The notes beneath the pieces are model-generated. The model made no database searches. It was not told the origin of the DNA and was given only the letters and a program-made list of their open reading frames with translations. This document shows, in pieces, positions 1-7,470 of a stretch of 32,000 bases of DNA. The stretch is from contig JAUSKK010000046.1 of the NCBI GenBank assembly GCA_030649345.1, positions 1 to 32,000 on the forward strand, written 5' to 3'. Position 1 is the stretch's first letter, and each line of letters begins with the position of its first letter. This DNA comes from Candidatus Iainarchaeum sp. GTDB lineage: Archaea; Iainarchaeota; Iainarchaeia; Iainarchaeales; 0-14-0-20-34-12. The position numbers were made by a program, and so were the translations under genes.

Positions 1-1
1 T

Positions 2-529
2 TATTCTTTGGATGTAATTACAGTAGATGGTTTAGCTAAAGATTTAACCAGAAATGGAATTATTGATACCTTTTTGTCCAGCAAAAGCGAATATTTGTTT
101 TTTTTAAGCACAGACACAATTTTTCCAGCCGACACAATTGACTTGTTAATGAAATCTGAAAAAGATATTATTTCAGCTTTAACGTTTACCAATCGAAAAG
201 TTCGTCCAACTTTTTTAATGAAAAAAGACGGAAAATATTCAGTAGTTGAAAAAATTGAAAACATGGGTCAAGTATTAGAAGTGGATGCTGTAGGAATGGA
301 TTGTTATTTGATTAAAAAAGAAGTTTTTGAAAAAATAGACAAAAAAAACAAAGACCAGCCTTTTTTTAAAACAGATTACAAAAATAGAAAAGAATTTGTT
401 AGTGAAGATATTTATTTTTCAGAATTGGTCAAAAAAGCAGGATACAGCATTCATGTAGACACTCGCTTAATTGTAGGAAAAACTGGAAGCATTGCACCCG
501 AAGCAATATTCCGCGATTACTTCAGGTAA
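2..529 (+). CDS. glycosyltransferase (GT-A / family-2-like), C-terminal part; 5' end cut by window edge
   Basis: Frame is open from nt 2 with no stop before the listed TTG at 8. Stop is TAA 527-529. Sequence FFLSTDTIFPADTI ... VGMDCYLIKKEVF ... SEDIYF resembles GT2 catalytic-domain segments. Confidence 0.6.
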   Translation, partial: YSLDVITVDGLAKDLTRNGIIDTFLSSKSEYLFFLSTDTIFPADTIDLLMKSEKDIISALTFTNRKVRPTFLMKKDGKYSVVEKIENMGQVLEVDAVGMDCYLIKKEVFEKIDKKNKDQPFFKTDYKNRKEFVSEDIYFSELVKKAGYSIHVDTRLIVGKTGSIAPEAIFRDYFR

Positions 530-583
530 TGAGTTTGCTCATTACACACTCTTTTTAATAGATTTAAGTTAAATTCAATACAA

Positions 584-686
584 GAGCCTGTAGCTCAGTT
601 TGGATTTAGAGCACACGCCTCCTAATTCCACTTTGCATAAAGGAGGATTGAGCGTGGGGTCAAGGGTTCGAATCCCTTCAGGCTCG
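584..686 (+). tRNA. tRNA-Arg (anticodon CCT) with ~26-nt intron at or near position 37/38
   Basis: Hand-folded cloverleaf. Acceptor GAGCCTG (584-590) pairs with CAGGCTC (679-685), discriminator G686. D-stem GCTC/GAGC. Anticodon stem CACGC (614-618) pairs with GCGTG (652-656). Loop CT-CCT-A, then an insert, then A651. T-arm AAGGG-TTCGAAT-CCCTT. It is a GC-rich island in AT-rich DNA. No CCA is encoded. Confidence 0.85.
625..650 (+). other. tRNA intron (ATTCCACTTTGCATAAAGGAGGATTG)
   Basis: 26 extra nt lie between anticodon-loop position 37 (A624) and position 38 (A651). Intron AGGAGG (641-646) is complementary to CCTCCT (618-623), which covers the anticodon. The exact splice junction is ambiguous by 1 nt (A624/A625). 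Confidence 0.7.
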
Positions 687-687
687 C

Positions 688-706
688 AAACTTTTAACAA
701 AAGTTT
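688..706. repeat. 8-bp hairpin AAACTTTT-AAC-AAAAGTTT directly after tRNA-Arg
   Basis: Perfect inverted repeat read from the sequence, starting 2 nt after the tRNA discriminator base. Confidence 0.5.
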
Positions 707-711
707 CCAAT

Positions 712-728
712 CAAAATCTTTGATTTTG
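712..728. repeat. palindrome CAAAATC-TTT-GATTTTG
   Basis: Perfect 7-bp inverted repeat. It shares the AAAATC/GATTTT core with 733-758 and 4301-4322. Confidence 0.6.
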
Positions 729-732
729 CGGA

Positions 733-758
733 CCTATAAAATCAAGGATTTTATAAGG
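733..758. repeat. palindrome CCTATAAAATC-AAG-GATTTTATAAGG
   Basis: 9 bp, a 1-nt bulge, then 2 bp of inverted repeat. Same AAAATC/GATTTT core. Confidence 0.6.
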
Positions 759-920
759 TAATCAAAAAAAGCAGTCTAGCTCAAAAATACTTTTTAACAC
801 TATTTTGCCAGATTCTGGCAATATTTTAGTCAGAATAGAGTACTTTCTAAAAGTAAAGTATATATAATTGAAATTGCAAGAAATACTACACAGTATATTA
901 CCTTAAAGGAGGCTAAATCA

Positions 921-3701
921 ATGAATAAAATAGTAATCAGCTTTTTAGTTATTTTATTAATTGCAGGCTGTACTGCACCACCGTCAGCTGGCACCAGTGG
1001 AGCAGACATTGCAAGCACAGATACAGAAATCAGTGCAGGAAAAGGAAACTTGGTTGTTACAGCAACTGATGATGAACCCACCAGCAATATTGATCAAATT
1101 AATGTAACCTATGATTTGCTAGCTTGTGCAGGAGAAACTTGTACAACTCTTTCAGAAAATTCGAAAATGAATATTTTGGATACTGCCGGACTAAGTGCAG
1201 TTATGGCCAATGTTGAGTTATTACCAGGAGAATACACTGAACTCAAATTAGCCAATGTCAGTGTTCAAAGCAGAACTGAAACAGGACAAGTTGAAACCCA
1301 AACTTTGCCTTCAACTGAAATTGTTTTAGCCAATGCATTTTCAGTACGCGAAAATGGAACCACATTATTGCAGTTGGATTTTCCAGCAGACAACTGGTAT
1401 AGTTCAGATCCAACTACACCGATTGAACCAGTAATTGAAACAATGGTTGTAGAAAATGCAGTCATTGAAACACAAACAGTAGAAGTGGATGGTGTTAGTT
1501 ATGAGCATGTTAATATTGAAACTGGAATCATTGATTCAGTTTACCAGAATACAATAACTGAATCTGGAACCAATTCAAGAGAAGTTCCACCAACTTCCAG
1601 TTCAAGTGTAAATATTCATGTAAAAGAAGATGGAACTACGACAGCTGTAATGATTGACGCACGAACTGGAACCATTTCCAGTGTAACTCAAGAAACGCCG
1701 GCAGTTGGAACAATTTTACAACAAGCAGTAGAACACACTGGCTTAAGTTTAGAGCAAACCAAACAAGCAGTGGATTTTACACATGAAGAAATTGAAAACT
1801 TGTCCAAACAAGCTGCTGAAGAAGCTTACACTAGTTTGAAGACATTGGTTACAGAAGCTCAAACCAATGCAGTCGGAGAAGAAGCAACAGCTGGATTTGT
1901 AGATAGTACAGTTTTAATCAAAGAAAGTAAAGATTTGGATAAAGCTCAACAGGCTTTAGAGCAAATTCAAACAGAATTAGCTGAATTTAGTTCATTTGGA
2001 ATTACAGCAGACCTAGAATCCAAAGTTGAAGCGCGAGAAAACTTTATGGGAAAAGTAGAAAACCATGTAGTGGCAATCGAGCGAACTAGCGGAGCAGTAA
2101 ATCTAGAAGCAGTCACTTTAGCAGATTTAAGTGAAGCAATTCGCTGTCTGTCTTGTGCTGGAACTGAACGATCTGTTGAGTCTCCAACAGTTAATCAAGA
2201 AATGCTTGCGATTGTTGAACAAAAATTAACAGAAGCAGTTGCTCAAGGGAATATTACCCCAGCAATGGAACAAGAGGCTAGAACAGAATTAACACGATGG
2301 CAAACAGGAGAACCTTTACCGGTTGATCCTTTAGCTATTGTGAATGCAAGAATTTTCCAAGAAACTTTAGGCATTGATGCAAAAGCCCTAACCTATGAAG
2401 ATGCCATAGACCATTATGGTTTGCAGGGAAGACCTGAATTGTATCAAGAAGCAATTGTATTCCATTCAGTGGAAACTGGAGAAAATTTAGAAACAGTTGC
2501 TCCTTGGGTTTCAGAAGAATTTGGAAGCAATGAAACAGCTGGAGCTCCAGTTGTGCCTGGATTTTTTGTTCCAAACTATTCTCATTACAAAAATTTAGGT
2601 GGAGAATTAAGTCAAGAACAATTTGAATCTAAAACAGGATTAACTGTCAGCGGAATTCGAGTTGATGGCCAAAGCTTTTTGCCACCGCCACAATATTATA
2701 CGCCGCCAGCAGGATTTACAGTATTCAAAACACCAGAAGGAGATTTAAGATTGGGTGCAACTTTTAAAGAACTTGGAACAGCCAACCAATACCAAGATAA
2801 TGAAGGAGTTACTTGGTCTTTAAAAGAAGATGGAAAATGGGAAGGACAAAAAACAGATGGTTCAACCATTGCCATGGAACCCTATAAGCCAGCAGAAGGA
2901 GAAGGACAATATGCCTTTGTGCCTCCTGCAACTGAAGGAAAAAGTCTCATCTATGTAAATCCATTCAATAGCAATGTGTACACAGTGTACAACAGCGGAG
3001 AATATAGATTTAAAGATTCTGAAGGAGAAACTCATACTGGAACCTTATGGGAAGGAGCACCACCAGCATTGGGAGCACAAGGGTTTGTTGCACCTGAAAA
3101 CTGGGAAGCCCCAGAAGGATATACTCCGCCAAGTTTTGAACATACAGACTCTGAAGGAAATAACTGGTTCTTGAATTCAGCCAGCGGAGTATGGACTAGT
3201 GGAGATGGAGCAGTAGCTACAGCCACTGGAGCATTTATTCCTTCAGATTCAGGAACTAATGGAGGAACAGGTTCCTTCATCCCAGAAGGATATGTCCCCA
3301 ATGATTTAGCTGCAGCCAGCTATACTCAAGGAACAGACGGAGGATTTAGTTATACAGGAGGAAGTTATACTTCAACCAGTTATGCATTTGATTCACAAAC
3401 AGGATCCTTTACCTACACTGGAACAGGAACAGTTGACTCTGGTGGAACGTATAATGCAGACACTGGAACCTACTCCGGAGGAAGCTCAACTTACTCTGGA
3501 ACTGGAAACTATACTGAAGGATCTTCACCACCACCCGGCGGAAATGGAGGCGGAGGAATGGGCCCAGCTCCAGGTGGAGATAGCGGAGGAGGTGCACCCC
3601 CAGCAGGACCACCACCCGGCGGAATGTTTGGTTTAGGATGGGATTATACAATCCAGCCCAAAGTAACAGTATACTATATCCAGTCCTATAGATTGCAATA
3701 A
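921..3701 (+). CDS. large secreted lipoprotein / surface protein: DUF4382-like N-domain, coiled middle, G/T/S/Y-rich then P/G-rich tail
   Basis: GGAGG lies 8 nt upstream of the ATG. The signal peptide ends in lipobox LIAG-C (Cys17). The segment GNLVVTATDDEP...LLPGEYTELKL...LPSTEIVL...LLQLDFPADNW resembles DUF4382 (from memory). The C-terminal ~200 aa are low complexity (GTGTVDSGGTYNADTGTYSGGSSTYSGTGNY, PPPGGNGGGGMGPAPGGDSGGGAPPAGPPPGG). Confidence 0.85.
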   Translation: MNKIVISFLVILLIAGCTAPPSAGTSGADIASTDTEISAGKGNLVVTATDDEPTSNIDQINVTYDLLACAGETCTTLSENSKMNILDTAGLSAVMANVELLPGEYTELKLANVSVQSRTETGQVETQTLPSTEIVLANAFSVRENGTTLLQLDFPADNWYSSDPTTPIEPVIETMVVENAVIETQTVEVDGVSYEHVNIETGIIDSVYQNTITESGTNSREVPPTSSSSVNIHVKEDGTTTAVMIDARTGTISSVTQETPAVGTILQQAVEHTGLSLEQTKQAVDFTHEEIENLSKQAAEEAYTSLKTLVTEAQTNAVGEEATAGFVDSTVLIKESKDLDKAQQALEQIQTELAEFSSFGITADLESKVEARENFMGKVENHVVAIERTSGAVNLEAVTLADLSEAIRCLSCAGTERSVESPTVNQEMLAIVEQKLTEAVAQGNITPAMEQEARTELTRWQTGEPLPVDPLAIVNARIFQETLGIDAKALTYEDAIDHYGLQGRPELYQEAIVFHSVETGENLETVAPWVSEEFGSNETAGAPVVPGFFVPNYSHYKNLGGELSQEQFESKTGLTVSGIRVDGQSFLPPPQYYTPPAGFTVFKTPEGDLRLGATFKELGTANQYQDNEGVTWSLKEDGKWEGQKTDGSTIAMEPYKPAEGEGQYAFVPPATEGKSLIYVNPFNSNVYTVYNSGEYRFKDSEGETHTGTLWEGAPPALGAQGFVAPENWEAPEGYTPPSFEHTDSEGNNWFLNSASGVWTSGDGAVATATGAFIPSDSGTNGGTGSFIPEGYVPNDLAAASYTQGTDGGFSYTGGSYTSTSYAFDSQTGSFTYTGTGTVDSGGTYNADTGTYSGGSSTYSGTGNYTEGSSPPPGGNGGGGMGPAPGGDSGGGAPPAGPPPGGMFGLGWDYTIQPKVTVYYIQSYRLQ

Positions 3702-3715
3702 AATTTGCACACCCA

Positions 3716-3749
3716 GTGCCACGAAAGTGGCACAATTTTTCTTTTTTTT
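3716..3749 (+). terminator. stem-loop GTGCCAC-GAAA-GTGGCAC followed by a T-rich tract
   Basis: Perfect 7-bp GC-rich stem with a GAAA loop, 15 nt after the stop of the 926-aa gene. It is followed by TTTTTCTTTTTTTT (3736-3749). Oligo-T is the known archaeal termination signal. Confidence 0.5.
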
Positions 3750-3793
3750 ATTTTTCCATTTTATTTTTATAACCTTCTTTGCCAGTTTACATA

Positions 3794-4279
3794 ATGTCAG
3801 AAAAAGAAACACAAAAAGTTATCGAATTATTTAAAAAATACAATATTCAGCACACACTAGTAACACATAATGCTACTTTAACCAGCCAAGATAGTGCACG
3901 CGAACGCGGAGGATTGTTAAGCCAAGGAGTTAAATCCATGCTGGTGAAAACAAGGGATGCACCCGTCAAATATTTGATTGCAAATATTCCGGCAGACAAA
4001 AAATTAGATTTTAAAAAATTGGAACAATTTTCTGGATTTCAAAATCTAACCATGGCATCACCCGCAGAAGTATTAGAACAAACAGGCTGTGAATTGGGAG
4101 CAGTTCCTCCGTTGGGCCATAAAAATCAATTGCCTTTAGCCGCAGATTTAAAATTATTTGAAAACGAAATGAATGAATTCAACATAGGCCAGCGAACCGT
4201 AAGCGCCAAAGTGCCTACCCATGAATTAAAAAGACTTTTTCAAGAATTAAATATTAGACAAGGAAACATTACACAATAA
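3794..4279 (+). CDS. YbaK/ProX-type aminoacyl-tRNA deacylase (trans-editing) domain protein
   Basis: Whole-length resemblance to the YbaK/EbsC/ProX fold: LTSQDSARERG, VKSMLVK, ELGAVPPLGH. I take the ATG at 3794 rather than the listed TTG at 3779. Confidence 0.65.
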   Translation: MSEKETQKVIELFKKYNIQHTLVTHNATLTSQDSARERGGLLSQGVKSMLVKTRDAPVKYLIANIPADKKLDFKKLEQFSGFQNLTMASPAEVLEQTGCELGAVPPLGHKNQLPLAADLKLFENEMNEFNIGQRTVSAKVPTHELKRLFQELNIRQGNITQ

Positions 4280-4300
4280 AAATGAACACATTTTTATGCG

Positions 4301-4322
4301 ATTAAAATCAAAAGATTTTAAT
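4301..4322. repeat. palindrome ATTAAAATC-AAAA-GATTTTAAT
   Basis: Perfect 9-bp inverted repeat, 52 nt upstream of tRNA-Pro. Same AAAATC/GATTTT core as the pair downstream of tRNA-Arg. Confidence 0.6.
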
Positions 4323-4374
4323 GCACTCAACTTAGGTACATTAAATTCAAAACTTAATTACACAATAAACAATT

Positions 4375-4445
4375 GGGGGAATGGTCCAGTGGTAAGATTT
4401 ACGCATGGGGTGCGTATGACCCGCGTTCGATTCGCGGTTCTCCCA
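4375..4445 (+). tRNA. tRNA-Pro (anticodon GGG)
   Basis: Acceptor GGGGGAA pairs with TTCTCCC (one G-U), discriminator A4445. Anticodon stem TACGC/GCGTA with loop AT-GGG-GT (anticodon 4407-4409). T-arm CCGCG-TTCGATT-CGCGG. The D-arm is weak (3 bp plus a mismatch). No CCA is encoded. Confidence 0.8.
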
Positions 4446-4467
4446 TATTTTTAGGTTAGGAACAGTT

Positions 4468-4941
4468 ATGACAAGTCCAAAAGAAGACATTGAAAGATTG
4501 AAAATACAATATGGGCCTCTTGCCAATTTCATCCTATTTTGGGCAATTTTGGTCATTGTAACAGCTTTGCCATATTCAATGCAGGAAACAAAAGACGCAA
4601 TAGAAATACTTGTCGGGATTATAACAATTTCTGCAACATTTTCTTTTTTAAGTTTTCAATATTCTACAAGTCTCTCAAAACATAAAAAAGGCGAAGAACA
4701 TAGTTCTAAAGCAAAAATTCTTTCAGAAGCAGGCGCTTGTTTTTTTCGGGCTACACTTCAGTTTATAATCTACGCAATTGCTTTCAAAATTGGATACTTA
4801 TTACAAGGGACAGTGAGCTTACCAGTTATTGTGAGTATTTTTATTATCATTCTGATTTTAGCACTCCTTGCCACCAACTCATTTACAGTTGGAATTACAA
4901 AACTGGCAAAAAACCTCAACGTATTTGCTTGGACAAAGTGA
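4468..4941 (+). CDS. hypothetical integral membrane protein (about 4 TM segments)
   Basis: ORF with hydrophobic stretches (FILFWAILVIVTALP, ILVGIITISATFSFLSF, FIIYAIAFKIGYLL, VIVSIFIIILILALLA). It starts 22 nt after tRNA-Pro. I recognise no family. Confidence 0.55.
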   Translation: MTSPKEDIERLKIQYGPLANFILFWAILVIVTALPYSMQETKDAIEILVGIITISATFSFLSFQYSTSLSKHKKGEEHSSKAKILSEAGACFFRATLQFIIYAIAFKIGYLLQGTVSLPVIVSIFIIILILALLATNSFTVGITKLAKNLNVFAWTK

Positions 4942-4945
4942 GAAA

Positions 4946-5962
4946 ATGAGTTTAACACGCAAAGAAGAAAAAATCTTAAAGTCTATTAAAGTGCCGAGTG
5001 AAAATAATCCAAATGCTCCTGAATTTCCTCCCAATAATCCAAAATTTCCTGCAACACCTACCTACAAAATTGAAGTTACTAATTTTGAAAATGTTTGGTT
5101 AAAAGATGAAAGTGTCAATTTAACTGGAACCCATAAAGACCGAATGGCTTGGGAAATGATTGTAACCTATCGACAATTTTTATTAGCTAAAAAACAAGGC
5201 TTGATAAAACAACTTCCTAAACTTTCGATTCTAAGTTCTGGTTCTGCAGCTTTAGCAATTCAAACTCAATTGAAAAATTACGATTTACCGAACTTAAATG
5301 TTTTGATGGATAAAAACACAAATTTCAAAACAGTAAAAAAACTAAAAAAGATTGGGTGCAAATTGTTTTTTCAAAATTTAGGAAAAACAGTTTTAAATTG
5401 GCAAGATATTTTAACTTTAACAAAAAATGTAAATGGATTTGACATTACTTCCAACGAAGCCTACGATCCAACTATACGGTTTTACGATTGGATGAGTTAC
5501 GAAATCATTAACAGCAATGCTGATTATGTTTTTGTTCCATTTGGAACAGGACAGTTGTATGAAAATATTCTGAATATTGTAAAACGAGAATTGACGTACA
5601 AATTCAAAGACCCCAGATATAAAGGAAATAAAAAAGTTTTGCAAAAATGTTCTTTCCTAGGAGCTACAACCAATAATCCAAAAAGCAAAGCCGATAAATT
5701 ATATGCACCTTTTTTGCCATTTGCCAATTATTCAAAACAATGGATCAAATATTACAGTTACACAGGAATTATAGGAAACCAAAGCAATGTTTATTCCATT
5801 CAAGAAACCTATTTAGGCAAAGCACTAGATCTAGCAGAAAAAAACAAGATAAATTGCGAACCTTCAGGAATTGCAGGCTTAGCGTTATTATTGCAAATGA
5901 AAAACAAAATTTCCAAAAATAAAAAAATCCTTATCATAAACACAGGCAAAACCAAATTCTAG
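4946..5962 (+). CDS. divergent PLP-dependent enzyme, fold type II (Trp-synthase-beta / Cys-synthase / Thr-synthase superfamily)
   Basis: NLTGTHKDRMAWE matches the PLP-lysine motif (xxKDR) of the CysK / threonine-synthase type. A later FGTGQ loop is also present. ATG 4946 lies 4 nt after the upstream stop. The listed start at 4868 overlaps the preceding gene and is unlikely. Confidence 0.5.
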   Translation: MSLTRKEEKILKSIKVPSENNPNAPEFPPNNPKFPATPTYKIEVTNFENVWLKDESVNLTGTHKDRMAWEMIVTYRQFLLAKKQGLIKQLPKLSILSSGSAALAIQTQLKNYDLPNLNVLMDKNTNFKTVKKLKKIGCKLFFQNLGKTVLNWQDILTLTKNVNGFDITSNEAYDPTIRFYDWMSYEIINSNADYVFVPFGTGQLYENILNIVKRELTYKFKDPRYKGNKKVLQKCSFLGATTNNPKSKADKLYAPFLPFANYSKQWIKYYSYTGIIGNQSNVYSIQETYLGKALDLAEKNKINCEPSGIAGLALLLQMKNKISKNKKILIINTGKTKF

Positions 5963-6034
5963 TTCAATTGTCGAAGTGCTATTTGGCAATTAACGTAAGG
6001 TATTTAAACTCCTTGATCTTTGAGTTAATTACGT

Positions 6035-6745
6035 ATGGAAAAACTAGCAGTAGCCATTGCAGGAGAAATTGCTTTAAGCAAAGACCCTGGCGGCAGTATG
6101 AAAAAATGGCGGGAAATCTTTGGAGTATCTCAAATTGAGTTAGCTGAGACACTAAAAGTAAGCAGTTCCACAATCTCGGATTACGAAGGCGGCCGAAGAA
6201 AAAATCCAGGAATTGGAGTAGTCAGCCGTTTAGTGAATTCTTTAATTGGAATCGACAAAAATCGCGGCGGCAAAATCTGCAAACAACTCGAAAAAGACTT
6301 TGCCCCAGTCAGTGAAGCTTTTGATATTCATGAATTCCAAACAGCTTTAACTGGAATAGAATTTATGCAAAAAATTGGAGCCGAATGCTTAGCCAACATG
6401 GCTCGATTAAAGGAAACCAAAATTTATGGCTACACAGTTATTGATTCATTAAAAGTAATCCTAGAAGTTTCAGTGCATGAATACATGCAAATGTATGGAA
6501 AAACACCTGAGCGTGCTTTAATTTTTGAAAAAGTAGAAACTGGAAGAAGTCCTTTAATTGCAGTCAAAGTCGGAAGATTCAGCACAGACATGAAGCCAGC
6601 CATTGTTTGCCTGCATACTGAAAAAAAAGCACAAGAAATAGATCCTTTAGCCATTAAAATAGCTGAAAGCGAAAAAATTCCGCTCTTATTGTGTGCAACC
6701 CCTACAGCCAAAATTATTGCAAGCTTAAAAGAAAACGAAGGCTAA
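6035..6745 (+). CDS. archaeal XRE-type HTH transcriptional regulator with C-terminal domain (COG1395-like)
   Basis: N-terminal HTH WREIFGVSQIELAETLKVSSSTISDYEGGRR. The size and layout fit the conserved archaeal COG1395 family (from memory). Confidence 0.6.
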   Translation: MEKLAVAIAGEIALSKDPGGSMKKWREIFGVSQIELAETLKVSSSTISDYEGGRRKNPGIGVVSRLVNSLIGIDKNRGGKICKQLEKDFAPVSEAFDIHEFQTALTGIEFMQKIGAECLANMARLKETKIYGYTVIDSLKVILEVSVHEYMQMYGKTPERALIFEKVETGRSPLIAVKVGRFSTDMKPAIVCLHTEKKAQEIDPLAIKIAESEKIPLLLCATPTAKIIASLKENEG

Positions 6746-7458
6746 ATCCTTACACAATACGTCAGCCTTTTTTTGACTTCATTTTTAATCTGAGTATGCA
6801 GTTTAAACGAAGTTACTAATTCACCTTGAAATGTTTCCACTAAAACTCGCGAAAGTTTTCTTGCAGCTTGTTTGGACCCTAAAAAATAATCCAAACCATA
6901 TTCGGTAATGCTTTTTTTTGCAATAAACGACATGGGGTCTTTTTCAGATTCACGATCCAAATAATCTTTAATAAAGTCTTCCATTTTTTTCTGAATTTTT
7001 TCTCCTTTTTCTCGTTCTTTCCATCGAACTTGCAGAATGGATTCAAAATAACCCGAAGCCATTTTATTACAGGCATTGCAGTGATCTTTTTTAGGAATCA
7101 ATAAAATTGCTTTTTCAATACGAATTTTTTCTTCATTTAAAATTCCAGAAACTGTAATCCGTGTTTGTGTTTCCCCAGAGCCCAAAGGATTTAATTCAAT
7201 GAAAATTTCAGGTTCAACAATTTGTTTAATCTTTAAATGACCTTTAACCAAATCCTGCAAAACTGTTTCAGTTTGAGTGACCCATCTTCCGCGAAATTTT
7301 AAACGCAAACAACGCGTACAATATTCTACTGGAAGCCTAGATTCAATGGAGATTAAGTCATGGTCTTCCAAAAAACAATCTTGACAAAATCCTTGAATAA
7401 AATTTCCAGAAGTCTTGCCACATTTGGGACAAAAAAGACTTGAATTTTTTTTACTCAT
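6742..7458 (-). CDS. NMD3-like zinc-ribbon protein (short archaeal NMD3 homologue)
   Basis: N-terminal CPKCG...CQDC...CTRC cysteine pairs and overall layout like the NMD3 N-terminal domain. GAGGA SD upstream. The 3' end overlaps the HTH gene by 4 nt (convergent). Confidence 0.6.
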   Translation of the reverse strand: MSKKNSSLFCPKCGKTSGNFIQGFCQDCFLEDHDLISIESRLPVEYCTRCLRLKFRGRWVTQTETVLQDLVKGHLKIKQIVEPEIFIELNPLGSGETQTRITVSGILNEEKIRIEKAILLIPKKDHCNACNKMASGYFESILQVRWKEREKGEKIQKKMEDFIKDYLDRESEKDPMSFIAKKSITEYGLDYFLGSKQAARKLSRVLVETFQGELVTSFKLHTQIKNEVKKRLTYCVRI

Positions 7459-7470
7459 TTTTAGTTCCTC

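Noticed and set aside
584-920. tRNA-Arg as an integration site, with the downstream surface-protein gene as cargo of an integrated element.
   Set aside because: There is no integrase and no direct repeat of the tRNA 3' end that I could find downstream. The flanking genes are ordinary chromosomal genes.
830-1087. 85-aa minus-strand ORF overlapping the start of the 926-aa gene.
   Set aside because: It is antisense to a gene with a strong SD and signal peptide. It has no motifs or start context of its own.
3300-3700. Possibility that the G/T/S/Y/N-rich tail of the surface protein is a diversity-generating-retroelement variable region. DGRs are known in DPANN archaea.
   Set aside because: There is no reverse transcriptase and no template-repeat copy of this segment anywhere in the window, and I could not recognise a C-type-lectin-like scaffold. 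This cannot be excluded genome-wide, but nothing here supports it.
3382-3735. Two long alternative-frame ORFs (3382-3636 plus strand, 3409-3735 minus strand) overlapping the 3' end of the 926-aa gene.
   Set aside because: They lie in the repetitive GGA/ACT/CCA-rich low-complexity region, where stop codons are rare in all frames. Their products are compositionally odd and they have no start context. The main frame has the SD, signal peptide and continuity.
4347-4556. 69-aa minus-strand ORF.
   Set aside because: It runs antisense straight through the tRNA-Pro gene and the start of the membrane-protein gene, so it is an artefact of the tRNA region.
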